A stretch of 64,000 nt of DNA from Guillardia theta CCMP2712 (GCF_000315625.1 NW_005434672.1:302006-366005); one strand, 5' to 3'. Positions 25,110 to 37,758 are shown, numbered from the stretch's first letter. Notes: generated by a model from the sequence alone, not told the origin. Numbers and translations: made by a program.

Positions 25110-25605
25110 GATTTCATGCAGGTAAGCGTCGCTCAGGAGGGTTGAGATGTGAGGGGGAAGCAGGTGAGGGAGGAGGAGACGTGGGTGGGAGGGAGGAGAA
25201 TCAAGCGGCCGGAAAAGAAGTGTTTATGAGGATGACGAGGGGCAGGAAACGTGAGAGCGAGTGAGGCAGGTGAGAGATGCACGAATGAGGAGGAGGAGGA
25301 GGAGGATGGAGGAGAAGACGGTGAAGGGGGTGGAGGTGGCGCTGGAGCAGGAGAAGGATCCAGGTTCGGTGCAGGTTTGAGGTCTGAGGCGAGGTCATAA
25401 AAGAGGCGATGCTTCTGAGGCGGGGGGCGGTTCATCGGAGAATGGAAAGGAATGTCCACGAAAGTTCGAAGCGATCTTCGGGGATGAAGTGAACGAGGAG
25501 GGAGAGGAAGAGGAGGAAGAGGAGAGGCAGGGAGTGACAGGACAGCAAAAACTTTCGAACGCGCTCAGCAGCTCATCACGTCGTCACGTGCAAGCTTGTC
25601 CGGGA

Positions 25606-27538
25606 ATGTCTTTCGCTCGAAGCTGCCTCCTGCTCATCGCTTCCTTGGCGTCCTTGGCCCATGGCAAACGACAGCTTTCGCCCTCCAACATGACCATCTC
25701 CAGCAAGTACTTCCATCATAACTCTGAGATCCCAGCATACTTCACCTGTGACGGCCCGAACGTCTCCCCGCAGCTCTCATGGTCGTCGCCGCCCGGCGCT
25801 CAGGTGAAGCCTCCCCTTCAGGAGCCCATTGTCGCTGACTCGACGCCTCCTGTCCCTGCAGAGCTTCGTCTTGCTCATGAAGGACACGAGCAGTCTTGCG
25901 AAGAAGACAGAAAGAATACACTGGATAGGATGGGACATCCAAGGTGAGTTTCCTCCTCGGAACCCCTAACTGAGATCCCTTCAAGGGAACGGGGTCGACA
26001 ACGATGCTCGATTGCCCATGGAAGGAAACAGCGACTTTGAGCAGGTGAGCAACCAAGTCTTCGCCTCCTCTCCTGCTCATCGAGATCGGCCTGCAGACGG
26101 CCGGGTACCGCGGCCCATGTCCTCCCAAGGGCGACAGTCACCACACATACAGCATCGAGCTGTTTGCGCTCAACGTGTCGACGTTGGGCACGAGGCTGAA
26201 GATGTGGAGCAAGTGGAATGATGTAAGGAAGGAGATGAGGCGTCATCTCATCGACAAGGTGATGGAAGATGCGAGGAGATTCCTGCTCTAGGTCATCTGA
26301 TGTACGAGCAGGCGAGCTTCACGTTCTTGTACAAGAGAGGAGCTGCGATGGTCAATCTACCTGCCCCAGTCGCCGAGAGGAGGGAGTCAGTGAGAGGGAA
26401 TCCGAAGCTGTAAGGAGTTAGCAGGGAGGTGGGGCAGGGGAGTTGACGCACCGTTGGCAGCAGCCGGAAGTTTTCTAGCGATCTCCTGTGAGCCTTTGCC
26501 GCGTTCGCTGCGGTTGTTTGACAAGAAACAAGTTGCTACACGTGCTGGCAGATGGTCCTCACGATGAACTTCCTTGTTAACCCCTCTGTGTTTGTCAAGT
26601 CCGACGCACGGTCGAAGCGAGAACAGGTGCACATGTTGGTGTTGCTATCTGTGCTGATGAAGAAGAGGTCGTGTTATTGTTGTTGTTGTTGATGATGACG
26701 ACGATGATGATGACGACGACGATCATGGTAGTGGTGATGATGATGATGAAAAGAAGGTTCTGAGGGAGGAGATGGTCAACTGACTGCGTCCAGATATCGG
26801 AAATAGAAGAGAAGCTTGATGCAGCCTGCGATTCCAACCACTACATGAATCATCCATTCCCTCCTAGACAGATCTCGCATGCTTGTCAATATCTGCTCTC
26901 TGAATTTGAGGAGGTATGAGAGAAGAATGGTCTATGGGAGGCAAAGACGACACGGTGGACTTGAAGTGACAAGAATTTCTCATCTCTTCAGGCTGGAAAG
27001 GCCTTCATGCATCCAAAGGGAGATGACCGGTCAAAGATTGTTTTTCTGCTTGTTTGATTTCTCCCAAAGCTCGACATCACTTCTGTTGCCTCCCCTTACG
27101 CTCGCTCGTCCTGGCAGAATGTTGGAGCTCTGCATGCAGATGACGGGAGTTTGTAGAGGGTATGATCCTGAACAGGTAAGGGGGAGGCTGGTAGTCAGAG
27201 GAGCGGGAGCGGGAGCGGGAGCAGGAGAAGGAGAGGGAAGAACAAGTGAGGGAGCAAGTGGAGGAGTGGGAGACAAATACTGTTGTCTTGTAGTGACGTG
27301 ATTACAGATTCCTCTCCTTGGGCGAGAAGGAGCGGCAGAAGACGTCGACGAGATGGGAAGGCGATGGGTGAGGCAAGCAAAGTGCTCTCAAGGTAAGGAG
27401 GAGGGGAGGAGCGTAGAGGAGGAGGGGGTGGGGGTATGATGAACAAGGTTGCAGGGTATAAGGAAGTGGATGGAGCATGTGTCAGAGCAGAGGAAGGTTG
27501 AGTATGAGGAGACGGCGAACAATTCATCTGGGAATTGA
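25606..27538 (+). CDS. Secreted YbhB/YbcL-type PEBP domain fused to a saposin-B/Canopy-like domain (3' end approximate)
   Basis: Signal peptide, then IPAYFTCDGPNVSPQLSW, HWIGWDI and GYRGPCPPKGDSHHTYSIELFAL. Introns 26410-26460 and 26488-26532 continue the frame into DLLCYTCWQMV...IEEKLDAAC...ACQYLLSEFEE...LCMQMTGVC (six-Cys saposin pattern). Confidence 0.7.
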
Positions 27539-27619
27539 AACTGGAAGCTCCTAAAAACCTTCATTACAAAACTTTGACATCGTCATTCCTCATTGTCTGG
27601 CTTTTCTGGTTTCAAGTCA

Positions 27620-29691
27620 GTCTCTGACTTGATTGCAAGTTTTTCCTTGTCAAGAAGTAGCCGTCGCCTTCTTTGTTTGTGCTCGCATGATCAGCTTGTT
27701 CAGCACCTGGCAAGCCTACATCAACACGCAACCCCAATCGTCATTCCTTCTCCTCATCCTGTTCTCCTCTCCAGCTTCTCATCTCTTTCTTATCAACCCA
27801 ACAGGCTCCCAGCTATCTCCTCTCTCTCCTCTCACCTTCTCTCCTCCTCTCCCCTCTCCGTCGTCCCTCCTTCCCCGCTCTCGACCCTTTCCCTCCTCCT
27901 CCTCATCCTCACTCTCTCCTCCTCCTCCTCCTCCTCCTCCTCCCTCCCTCCCTCCCTCCCTCCCCCCCCGCCCCCCCCCGCCCCCGTCCCCTCCCTCCTC
28001 CTCCTCCTCCCCTCCTCCCTCCCCTCCTCCCTCCTCCTCCTCCTCCTCCTCCTTGAGTCACTTCCCTCTCCCAAAGAGCCCCTCCTCCACTCTTGGCTCC
28101 CCTTCCCTGCCTCGACTGCCTCCCCTCCCCCATGTCCTCCTGTTAACACTGGCTGATTTGGCATTCACTCACCCAGGACCACAGCGAGGTGGAGAGGAGT
28201 GTTTCCGTCTTTCATCTTCGCGTTCACATCGACTCCTTTCTCAAGCGCAAACCTCGTCTACCACACGTCAGACCCCTCACTCCAGCGCTGCTCTCCCTAC
28301 CGCGTTTGCATCGTTGTGCAGGACTGCAAGGTGCAGGAAAGAGATTTTGGCTATCAGCGCGGTAAGTCCTCGACACAATCACAGAGAGTCAGGGCTCACA
28401 ATCTTGAGTGTAGCGAATGTCCGCGCCAAACCAGACAAGTTTGCACGCAAGGAAGAAGTTGTTGTCTCGTGCCTGAGGACAAGTCACCAGCGCCTGCCTG
28501 CACTCACAGCAGCTCCAAGTTTCACCGCATCCAACATCTGCCTGCTCATCATCATCCTCTCCTCATTGCTGAGATGCTTTCCCCCTTCCTGTCCTTCCTT
28601 GACCCGAATGTCCTGCATCCAGTTCGGTCATGAAGGTGGGCGAGGCTTCAGCAGGGACCTTGTCGTCTGACGGCCAGTAGATTCGATTTGATGCTTCCCA
28701 TTCAGGAACTTGCTGAAATTCTATACGCAGCTACACGCAAAATTCAGATCGAGCTGAGGAGAGAGCAGAGGAGTGGGAAAGGAGAGGTCATTGGACCATT
28801 GCTGAATAGGGCGAGGAGAGGGAGGGAGGACAACTCAGGGTGGGAGGGCAGGAAGGAGAAGGAGGGACGGAGGAAGAGGGATGGGCTAGCAGGATACTTT
28901 ACCTCCTGACTCGACCTCTTGGTGTAGAGGATTCGGCCATCGCACCATTGCTCAACCCCACTGGCAGGAGAGTCAACACAGAAAGGGCAGTTGGGAGAGG
29001 GAGGGGGGCGAGAGAGGAGGAAACAGCAGGAGGGAGGACACAAAAGGGAGGATAGAAGAAACGATAACTCCATTGATCAACTCCATTGATCATCCTCTCT
29101 CACCTGTCCTGATCTACAAACAGGCAGCTCACTTCTACCCCGTTGTAAAATGGCGCCCAGCCTTCGGTCCTGTCATTCTCCGCAGCGCTAGCGTCCTCGT
29201 CTGACAGGAGGTAAGTTACTGCCTCATCTCCTCAGGCACGCAAGGTTGCCTGCTTCCAATTCTTTTGGCTTCCTCCTGCCAAACTTCCGCCCCATCCTCG
29301 ACCTGTAGTCTCCCTCCACTCTCGGCGGGAGCTCGATCGGCAGGTATTTCTCCTCCTCCTTCGCCTTGGCTTCATCGAAGACGGACGAGCTCTCCAGCTC
29401 CTCACTTGGCAGGTCGACGTCGCTCTCCTCATCAGAAGAGTCGTTCATGATCTCGTCCTGTGACGCCTTGAAGGAGGGGTCTTCTTCGCTGCTACTGCCG
29501 CTCGCCTTCTCATTCTTCTTCCCACCTCGGAGAGTTGGAAACCTCGTCGCCATCGCTCTAATCGTTTGCTGAGGGAGCGAATGCACGATAGAACAAGTGG
29601 TTTGCTCTCCTCCCATTGTTGAGCATGGGATCGAGGCGAACCAAAGAAACAGCAAGATGGTTCGGACATTTACACTGGTTAGCATGGTCAA
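27620..29691 (-). CDS. Signal peptide + LRGG motif + acidic linker + Tudor-like + ankyrin-repeat protein (3' end uncertain)
   Basis: MTMLTSVNVRTILLFLWFASIPCST...PTLRGGKK; spliced VEVSCLFVDQDSGVEQWCDGRILYTKRSSQELRIEF; ankyrin FLHLAVLHNDANA/TRFALEKGVDVNAKMKDGNTPLHLAV. Confidence 0.65.
27830..28140. repeat. Pyrimidine-rich (CCT)n/poly-C low-complexity tract inside an intron
   Basis: Directly visible. Confidence 0.9.
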
Positions 29692-30104
29692 CAGAGTTAG
29701 CTTTCACCGCCTTATTCCACCTCGACCCGTTCAAGCTGGTTGAAAACTGCCATGGTCATGTTTTCTCTCATAGAGATATATTCCTCTTCCTCATATTCCC
29801 ACTGTCGTCCTCCGCCTCCTCCTCCCTCCGCTCCCTCTCATGCTGCACAACATGCACCCCAATCCGCCATTTTCTACGGTGCCCTGACCACCATCAGGGG
29901 CTCGTTCAAACGTGCGAGAAAGGAGGGGTACTGTAACACAGAACCCTTTGAATGCAAAAAGTGGGTGGGGGTATCGATGAAGGGGTCAAATTAGCCTCAA
30001 ATATCCGTTCAAACTACCGGTGCTGTGCAAGTATGCACCACTGTTGACACCTTGGCCGAAAACATGGAGAGTGCGGGGATAGCACAGGCAAGCTACAAGC
30101 GCGA

Positions 30105-30144
<40 letters not shown>

Positions 30145-30498
30145 AGGAAGGAAACGATAGTTGAATGGGAGATGCGAAGGGAGGGAGACAGGAGCTGGGC
30201 ATACTTGCCATCAGGGAGGAAACTTCTCAAGAATTTCTGTGCGTGTGGTAGGGAGGAATGTTCGCTGTCCAGTGTGCCGTTAAAGGCGGTAGAGGAGGGA
30301 GCGGGGAGAGCATGCTCATCTGGGGATGGGATAGCAAGACCAGGAAAGTGAAAGAGAAAAGTCTATCTACGCGATACGCAATGAGCCAGTGAAGGCCGTC
30401 AAATGTACCTTAAACACTGATGATCCTGATTTTGATTCCCTGCTGCAGGGAAGGAAAGGTGCAAGGAGACAGTGAAGTTTGGAAGAGCCTTAGAGGCC

Positions 30499-31654
30499 AT
30501 GGATCTGCTCGGGAGCTACGGAGGTGACAGCGACGAATCTTTGGAGGAGGGCCAGCAGGCAGAGGGCGGAAATGCAGAAGCCCCCGCCGCAGCGGACAGC
30601 CTGTCGAACATTGTGGGATACGTGCATGCAGACGATAGTGCAGAGATGTCCATCGACAAACCGCACACATCTCTTGCAGAACAGCTCTCTGAGCAGCTCG
30701 GAGCAGCTAAGGACTCGGATGAGAGCTCGCGCAAGCCCAGGAACCCTGCTGTCCGTGCAATATCGAAGAGCTCGACTCCTATCGTCGGCAGCCCCGGCGG
30801 GATCGTTCCCTCCGACGCGTCATCGCCTGAAACAGCAGAGAGGTGCTCGACTCCGATGCTCGTCAGCGAACAGATGCCGCAAGTTGAACTTCCGCCCGCA
30901 CCGACCACAGAGATAGAGCCGAAGTTGATCGAGAACGTGAACAAGTACACGAGACTACGTGAAAAGGATAGAAAGGTGATGCGAGGAGGAACAACCTGGT
31001 TCTTGTGATGTGTATGACAGGTTAATGCTGACCTGTATGACAAGAAAGAGTTTCACAACCCCGGGATCCTCGAGGTTCTCATGGCAACCTACAACATCGA
31101 CGGATACGGCAGCAACTATCCGAAGGAGCTCTTCGACCCCGCGGGATACTCCCCCAACATGTTCTACGACAGCTTGAGGAGGCAGGCGGCGATCAAGGAG
31201 GAGATGAAGGTGAGAGATTGTGCTGGAGAGCTTGTGCAATGCAGAGGCAGATGCTGTGAAGGAGGATAGGTAATTCTTAGCCCGCAGTTAGCGACGAGGA
31301 CGAGAGTAGACTTTGACAGCGGAGGAGTCCAGCTACCTGATGCTAAGAGACCTCTCGTGCAGCTTGCAGCGGCGGGTGGAGGTATGGGGCTAGACGCGAT
31401 TGCGGCGGGAGGTGAGCGGTGGAGGAGATCTTGTGGCCAGTGGAGGACCAAGTAGCTTACGCACGTGCAGCGGATGCGCAGGGGAGGAAGCGGAGCAAGT
31501 GGGATCAAGGGCTGCAGGGGCCCTCCATCAACACAGGTCTCTGCGATCTTCTTGTCCTGCAAGGCTGATCCGCGTTTCCTCAGCTGCAACTGGAATCGCC
31601 ATCGCCGATCTCAAGCGCGTTCAGCAGCTGCAGCAGCAAACGAGTAGGAGATAG
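30499..31654 (+). CDS. SAP30BP: SAP30-binding protein / HCNGP-like protein
   Basis: MDLLGSYGGDSDE N-terminus; ELPPAPTTEIEPKL; KEFHNPGILEVLMATYNIDGYGSNYPKELFDP...FYDSL (HCNGP motif). Confidence 0.85.
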
Positions 31655-33264
31655 CTTCTTTGCAGCCCGAAGTGCGATGGTCCTTCCAACAATTAGCAAC
31701 TCTAGACTACCCGAAACGCTCTCTCAGCATCTTTCGAGGCTCCCAGCAGTGGCTCGGGCCCATTTTTTCAAAGACTTGAACCTGCTGGCGGCTCTCTGGG
31801 AAGACTAAGATACTCGGGTATCAGTCACTGTCTCCCTTGGATCCAAAATGTTTCAGTTCTTCCCGCTGCCGCGCGTTCGCTGCCGATGATAGCTTGTCGA
31901 GATCGTCGAGTCTTGGCAGCATGTAACGAATAATCTCGGTGCTGAGTAACGGCCGTTTGCACGTCAATCCTCCCGCTCGGCCTTTCGACCCCTCTCAAAC
32001 AGCTTCAATTCCTCGAGATTCAGAACAACAATCTGATGTCTATCCCCTCTCAGCCTCACCGTCCTTGACCTGTCCTCCAACCCTCTCAACTGCTCCTCCT
32101 CCGCATGGCGCGGACCTCTTCCGCCGACCTTGATCCCGACCTGCGACGTCACCATTACCTGCCCGGTCTCGTCATCACATGCCGCAGACCAACGCTTCTT
32201 GTCTCCTCACGAGAGCGTATCGTCCACCACGAGCTTCCTTCTCTCTCCCATGTCCCATTCTTGACCCCTTTCTACACCACCGGTAAGCCCCGTCGCTCTA
32301 GCTTCCCGAACCTCTCTTAAGGTCTTCCACGTGCGGCAGGGGGAGTTGGGCGACCTCATGGTCGAAGAGGAGGAGGAGGAGGAGGAGGTGTCGAGTACGG
32401 GCACGCGTGCGCCGGGGTAAGCAAGACGACTGTGAGGAGGATGGAGCGCGAGGGGGGGGCGGTGGGCTAGGCGATAGGAAGAGCTGACACAATAAGAGGG
32501 CAGAGGGCGGAGGCGGAGGTGGTGTGGTTCACCCGTCAAGATTCCCCAGCACAGCTACAGCTGGGAGACGAGCGGCCTCCTGCTCTCCCGCCTTCGCTGT
32601 AGAGCAAGTTGGACTGCCGGGCGGAATCGGATGAGGTGGAGTAATGCGACCTGCCTCTGGTCGTGTACGTGCTCGACTGTTCCGGCAGTATCGAGCTCGG
32701 TTCAGCCTAACCGCCCAGGGAGGGCGGTGAGAGTGAAAGAGGAGCGAGACTTGGCGGATAAGGCTCACAGGCGGGACGCGAGCTGGGCCCAAGTAGACGA
32801 GGAGCAAGAGGAAGGAGACTCGATCGGAGGGTTGCAAGGGGCATCAAGGTGGTACATGCCGCGATGATGCTTCATGCTGCAACGATAGCTCAGCGGTTAG
32901 CATCTTCATCATCTTCATTCCTCTTTCATCATTTTCATCCCCCTCCATCCTCCACTTGCTCGACACCTCATCGACTACTGAGCCTTCAGCCTTTGTTGCG
33001 GTTCATCCCACTCCCTCGCAGCTCCTCCCGTCAACCCACCGACTCTACTCTCCCCGTCCTAAAGATGGCACTCTTGCCCGACATGATCCGCGCAAGAGGC
33101 TCGATCCTCAGCCCCAGGAACGAGGACTCTCCTTCCTTGCTACCGCTCATCCCCACCCGCGGCCTGCAAGCTCAGCAGCATCAGCAGCATGCTGGCATTG
33201 ATGATCGACAGACAAGGTCAAGACACAAGGGCATCATGGTGAGACAGCAGAGGGTCGACGGTCA

Positions 33265-35920
33265 TCACGAACTGAAGGAAGGGAAGACATACAGGACGAG
33301 GTTGCAACACAAACACATCCGCACGCTCATCCGTCTCCGAGGCCTTACCTTCCATCCCCTCCCACAAGCCGCTGCTCGTCCAGCACTATCACGGGCCCGC
33401 TGTGTCCCGTTCTTTGGGAGTAGATCAAAATACAAACTGCGGGACGTCACTCGCTCGCGCTCTCTTTCTCTTCCTCCCTCACCCGCTAACGTTATCTGCA
33501 AACCCGCAATGCACCAAAACATCAAGTATCCGTGATCCCATTCGAGCTCGGGCATGTTCTTGAAGTTCATCCCGAACAAGCCTGTCAGGCTCCCGTCAAA
33601 CTCTACAACCTCTCCTTGTGTCTTGGTACCGGTCAAGCACTGAAAGGGCATCATGCAGATTGTTGCTACTGTCAGAGCATACAGGGTCTTGTTCATCCTG
33701 GCATTCTGCAGCATCGCCATTGGCCAAACTTCTCGCCACCGCCAACATCCTCCTCCTCTCGGCGAACCTGGAAAGACGTGTAGAAGGTCTCTATCCCGAC
33801 ACAGAGGTCAATCAGAGACTGCGCCTCTTTCTCTATCTGCATCGTGCTGTCCCCTATCGTCAGTCCCTGCTCTACCCCCTCCCTCCTCAGGTCCTTCAGC
33901 CACCTCTGTATCAACGTGTCGAAACGCTCTGAGCTCTCCAGGCACCCGCACATGTCCTGGGCACAGGTGAGCAGAAGCCATCGGGCTCGCTCGCTCATGC
34001 ACCTGACTCAGCTCGATGAAGAGGCTCCTGGCGTCCCAGGTGCATGCTCGGATCTTGAACAGCATCAGCACCTCCTCCCTCTTTCATCTCCCTTCCTTAC
34101 CTGCCTCACCCTGGTCTTGAGCTTGTTGGACAGCTGCACGTGCTCATGCGAAGGGTCCCGCGCTACGAACAGTGCCAGCCCTTCCATGGCGTCCCCGTAC
34201 ATGTTGAGGATGGGAAACATCTGCGCTACCTGCGTCACCCCCAGCTCCTCGAGCCTCAAGGCAGCTGCTACCTGGTCAAGAATCGCATCAAGCAGGACGA
34301 CGATGAGCGTTGGAATCCCTCGCCGCTCCTGTCGCCCCTTCAACACTCCACAGCTTCTGAGCGCTTCTCTCGCTTCACCTTGCAGTCCCTGCGGAGCAGA
34401 GATCTCCTGTTGCGCAGGTTCGCTTGGGCGGCCTTGACATGGCGCTTACTCTGAGCGAGGAGGAGGAAGGTGGGGAAGGCAGGGAGGAGGGAGGAGAGGA
34501 AGAAGACAGTAGGAGGAGGCAGCAAGTCTTCTACCTCCGTGATGGCGTTCTCGCAGTTTGTGTCCCCGAAGGTCACCAGTAGCCGCAGTTCAGGGAAGAA
34601 GAAGAGCGACAGCTGCACCATGACACGTCACCCTCCACCGCCTCCTCCTCCGCCTCCTCCCTCTCCTCCTCCTCCTCACTCTCCCTCTCCAACCTGGATC
34701 TCGATCAGCTGTAGCTCGTCCGACGCCGACGTCTCCTCCGAGATGGAGGGCGTGGAAGGCTCTAGCCTGAGCTCGTGGGCAACTATGAACAGATAGTCCA
34801 GCTCCTCCCTCGTGCCCTCCACGAATTTCGCCTGTTCGCCATCGCCTCCAAGTCAATCCTGTGCGTGCTCAGCATGTCCCTCACTACCTGAGGCCCCACG
34901 TTCCCCTCCAGCACAATCGCAACGTCCTCGGTGCTGACGTGCAACACCTCTCGCAGCGCCTTGAGCACGTGCTGCACGCCCGGTCGAGCATGTCAGCACA
35001 AGAGCTAGGAGCGTTTCTCTTACCTCATCGGATCCGTAAACGTGAAGCCAGTCAGAAGCTTCACTATGGTCTCCCTCATCCTCCACGGAAGATGCACTGC
35101 TCACTGGCAGGGGCGCCATCACGGCAAGGTTGTTGTACCCTGCTCGAACACGCCCTGATTGTTTTGTGCCTGCTCTCCGTGCTCTATAGCCTTTCTGACC
35201 TTCACTTTCCAGCCCATCGCATTGATGGCAGCACACTGATTCTAGTCTTTCCTTCATCATCTCCCTGGCCGCAGCGAGCTTTACCCTCCCTTCCTCAGCG
35301 AATTCGTGACAAAACCGCCAGTGATCGATAGTGCACACATGATCATGTTTTGACTGCCTGATCTTCCTCTTTATCTGAGCTTGCTTCGCCTTAAGGAGAG
35401 TCGCAAACGAGAGCAGGCCATCGGAGCTCCTCTCGATCTTGCTCTCTGTCGTCCTCAACTTATGCTGAGATTGGTCGCTTGAAGTTCGTTTGAGGTCAAA
35501 ACTCCGAGAGACTTCAAAAGATGCACGAGGAGTTATGTATCTTATGGAGTCAGTTTCAGTCTCTTTCAGCTCTTCTTCTGGCAAGGAACTTCCTTTGCAA
35601 TCAGTGCAGGTCAAGAAAGAAGTCAAATCAAACTGACCTCATTCCATCCAAATGCTGATTGCAACGTGAAGAATTCTTGTCACGGTCATTCAGATGGGTG
35701 ATATCCATGGCTCCATCGTGCCTGACAGCAGAACTTGAACATAACAGAAGCTACACACCCTCCTCTCACAAGGGGCGCAGAGACGGACTCCAACACCTTG
35801 ATCGTACTCCGTAGAGGTCGCAAACTGTCGGAGCAGGAATACTCGACGAAAGACTGGAACACAAGACAAAGGAGCAGAAGTCAGCACATACATCAGTCAG
35901 AGACTTCATCGTCATAACAG
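33265..35920 (-). CDS. CorA-family Mg2+ transporter with long N-terminal extension (ends approximate)
   Basis: MNKTLYALTVATICMMPFQCLTGLFGMNFKNMPELEWDHGYLMFW carries the GMN signature and MPEL loop. Upstream exons include QLSLFFFPELRLLVTF and TLIVVLLDAILD. Confidence 0.85.
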
Positions 35921-36329
35921 TGATGAGCGTTCGAGGGCGTGTGCATGATCGTTCCAAGTCTCCTCGTCCTCTCCTTCCTCTCCCTCCGCAGGGAACTTCA
36001 AACCCCGCACACCCTCATTCCAAGTAAACCGAATCTTTTCCCCGGATCACCCACCCCCCAACATTCCCCGGAACTAAATTTCCGCCCAGCCCCCGGACTT
36101 CTACCCCCCGAAATCTTTTGCCATGATACTCCCCGCCCTCTTCACTACCCCACCGTACGGGGCCACCCCCATTATACTGGTATCACGGTCAAGTTTGACG
36201 TTTTTTTTATCCTGGCGCCCGCCGACTGACAGTGACCTATTTTGAGGGTCAAGCCTGCTCGCCGCTCCTGATTGTACGGTCCTCGTACTGATTTTTAAGT
36301 TAACTTTGAGTAAAGGCCCTTACTCGGAT

Positions 36330-37010
36330 CGGATGATCGCCGATCATGGGCCGATCAAACCTTCCGGCGGGTGATCGGACTTTGAGTCACTTGAATAAAC
36401 TTGATTCAATGAGTCACCCGGCCGGCGCGGCCGCGGCCGCGCGGCCCGCCGGGGGCTCTCGGCTCAGGAACTTCGGAACCGTCATTGAAAGAGGCTCAAG
36501 ACATTCCGAGTTCCGCATGGTATTTTCTCACCATGCCTCGCTTTTTACCGTTATGATCACATGATTTCGAGCGGGGTACCTCACTGAGTCAGCCCGGGCG
36601 CGGCCTACCGGCGTCGCGGCACTGCCCGGCAATGGCCGCGTGCGCCGCGGCCGCGGCGCGCTTCGACAATGGTTGAAAGTCAGGCCGGCCCCTGTTTGAA
36701 TCGGGGCCGGACTGAGGGCTGACTGATGATCCGAGTGCCTGGCCCAGTGAGAGGGCCCGGCCCGGCGGGACTCCGGCCTCAGTCGGACCGTACTGTACTC
36801 CGCGGCCCGGCGCCGGCCCGGGAGCCTCCCCGGCGCCGGCGCCGGCGCGGTGGCATGGTGACCGGCCGGCCGGGTACGGCCCTGCCACGGTGGCCCGTCG
36901 GGCTGTGCCAGTGGCGGCACCCGGTGACTGACCCGTGACTCACCGTGTGATCGCCGGACCGTCCGGCGATCGACGGTCAGTGCCCCCGCGGCCCGCGGCC
37001 CTGCAGCCTG
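36330..37010. promoter_or_regulatory. GC/CCGG-rich intergenic island with four TGASTCA (AP-1/GCN4-type) sites
   Basis: TGAGTCA at 36383, 36410 and 36585; TGACTCA at 36936. Lies between divergent genes. Confidence 0.4.
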
Positions 37011-37035
37011 AACACATAAACGAGCTCTGCCGGCT

Positions 37036-37758
37036 ATGGCACGTCTAGCGGCATGTGCTGTGCTTGCCGGCGCCGTCTCTGTGCAGGCGTTCCTTGCCCC
37101 TCCTCCTTCGCTTGCCCAGCGCTCTCCCACGGTCTCTCTGAGGATGCACCAGACGCCGTCTCCCTCTCCTCGCGCAGCACCCGTCGCTGACTGCAAGGAC
37201 CTCACCAAGGATCCGAAACCTGTAACACGCAGAGCAGCAGCGCGGGTCATTTCGCTGGGTCTGGGCCTCAGTCTCATGGGCTCCCTTCCTGTGAGAGCAG
37301 CTGACGCCCCTCCACAAACTTCGCCGGCAGAGGATCAGCTCCCGCAGATTTCACTCGACAAGTTTTACGAGCTCCTCCGGGACCAGAAGGTGGAACTGGT
37401 GGAGTTTGACGGGCCTCTGTTCCAGGTATGCGCCTTGACCCCATGCGCTCCAGTGAGCTGATGAGATAGTATGCAGAAAGCTGTGGTTACCTCGGAGGGG
37501 AAGCAGTACTTGATAGGAGAGGGGTATCCAAAGGAGTCTTCCTTCAGCCCCCAGGGCCCGCTACAGGTGGTGGGTAAGATCAAGAACGAGATGAAAGCAG
37601 GAAACCCCGTGCAGTGGAGGTGGAAGGGGGGAAGCGCTTTCAAGAAGCGATCCAGCGATGAGCAAGACGCGAAGAGCAAGGAGAATGCTGAGGCCAAGAG
37701 CAAAGCCTCCTCCCAGCCCTTCAAGTTTTCCCTTCCCCTGCCTCCCAAGAACCTGTAG
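37036..37758 (+). CDS. Thylakoid-lumen-targeted protein resembling the FtsH N-terminal lumenal domain
   Basis: Signal peptide ...SVQA-F, S/P/R-rich transit peptide, Tat signal TRRAAARVISLGLGLSLMGSLPVRA-A. Mature QISLDKFYELLRDQKVELVEFDG. Intron 37426-37476. Confidence 0.75.

Noticed and set aside
26402-26413. C-terminal PKL peroxisomal signal on the PEBP
   Set aside because: The stop is better explained as part of a GTAAG splice donor, and the protein has a signal peptide.
27593-28670. Pro/Ser-rich + strand ORFs (extensin-like)
   Set aside because: They derive from an intronic CCT/poly-C tract and the antisense strand of the ankyrin gene.
31850-33200. Possible small + strand gene
   Set aside because: It has coding-like patches, but I could not build a consistent exon chain or recognise a domain.
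36528-37277. 249-aa minus ORF
   Set aside because: Stop-poor artefact of the GC-rich island and antisense of the lumen protein gene.
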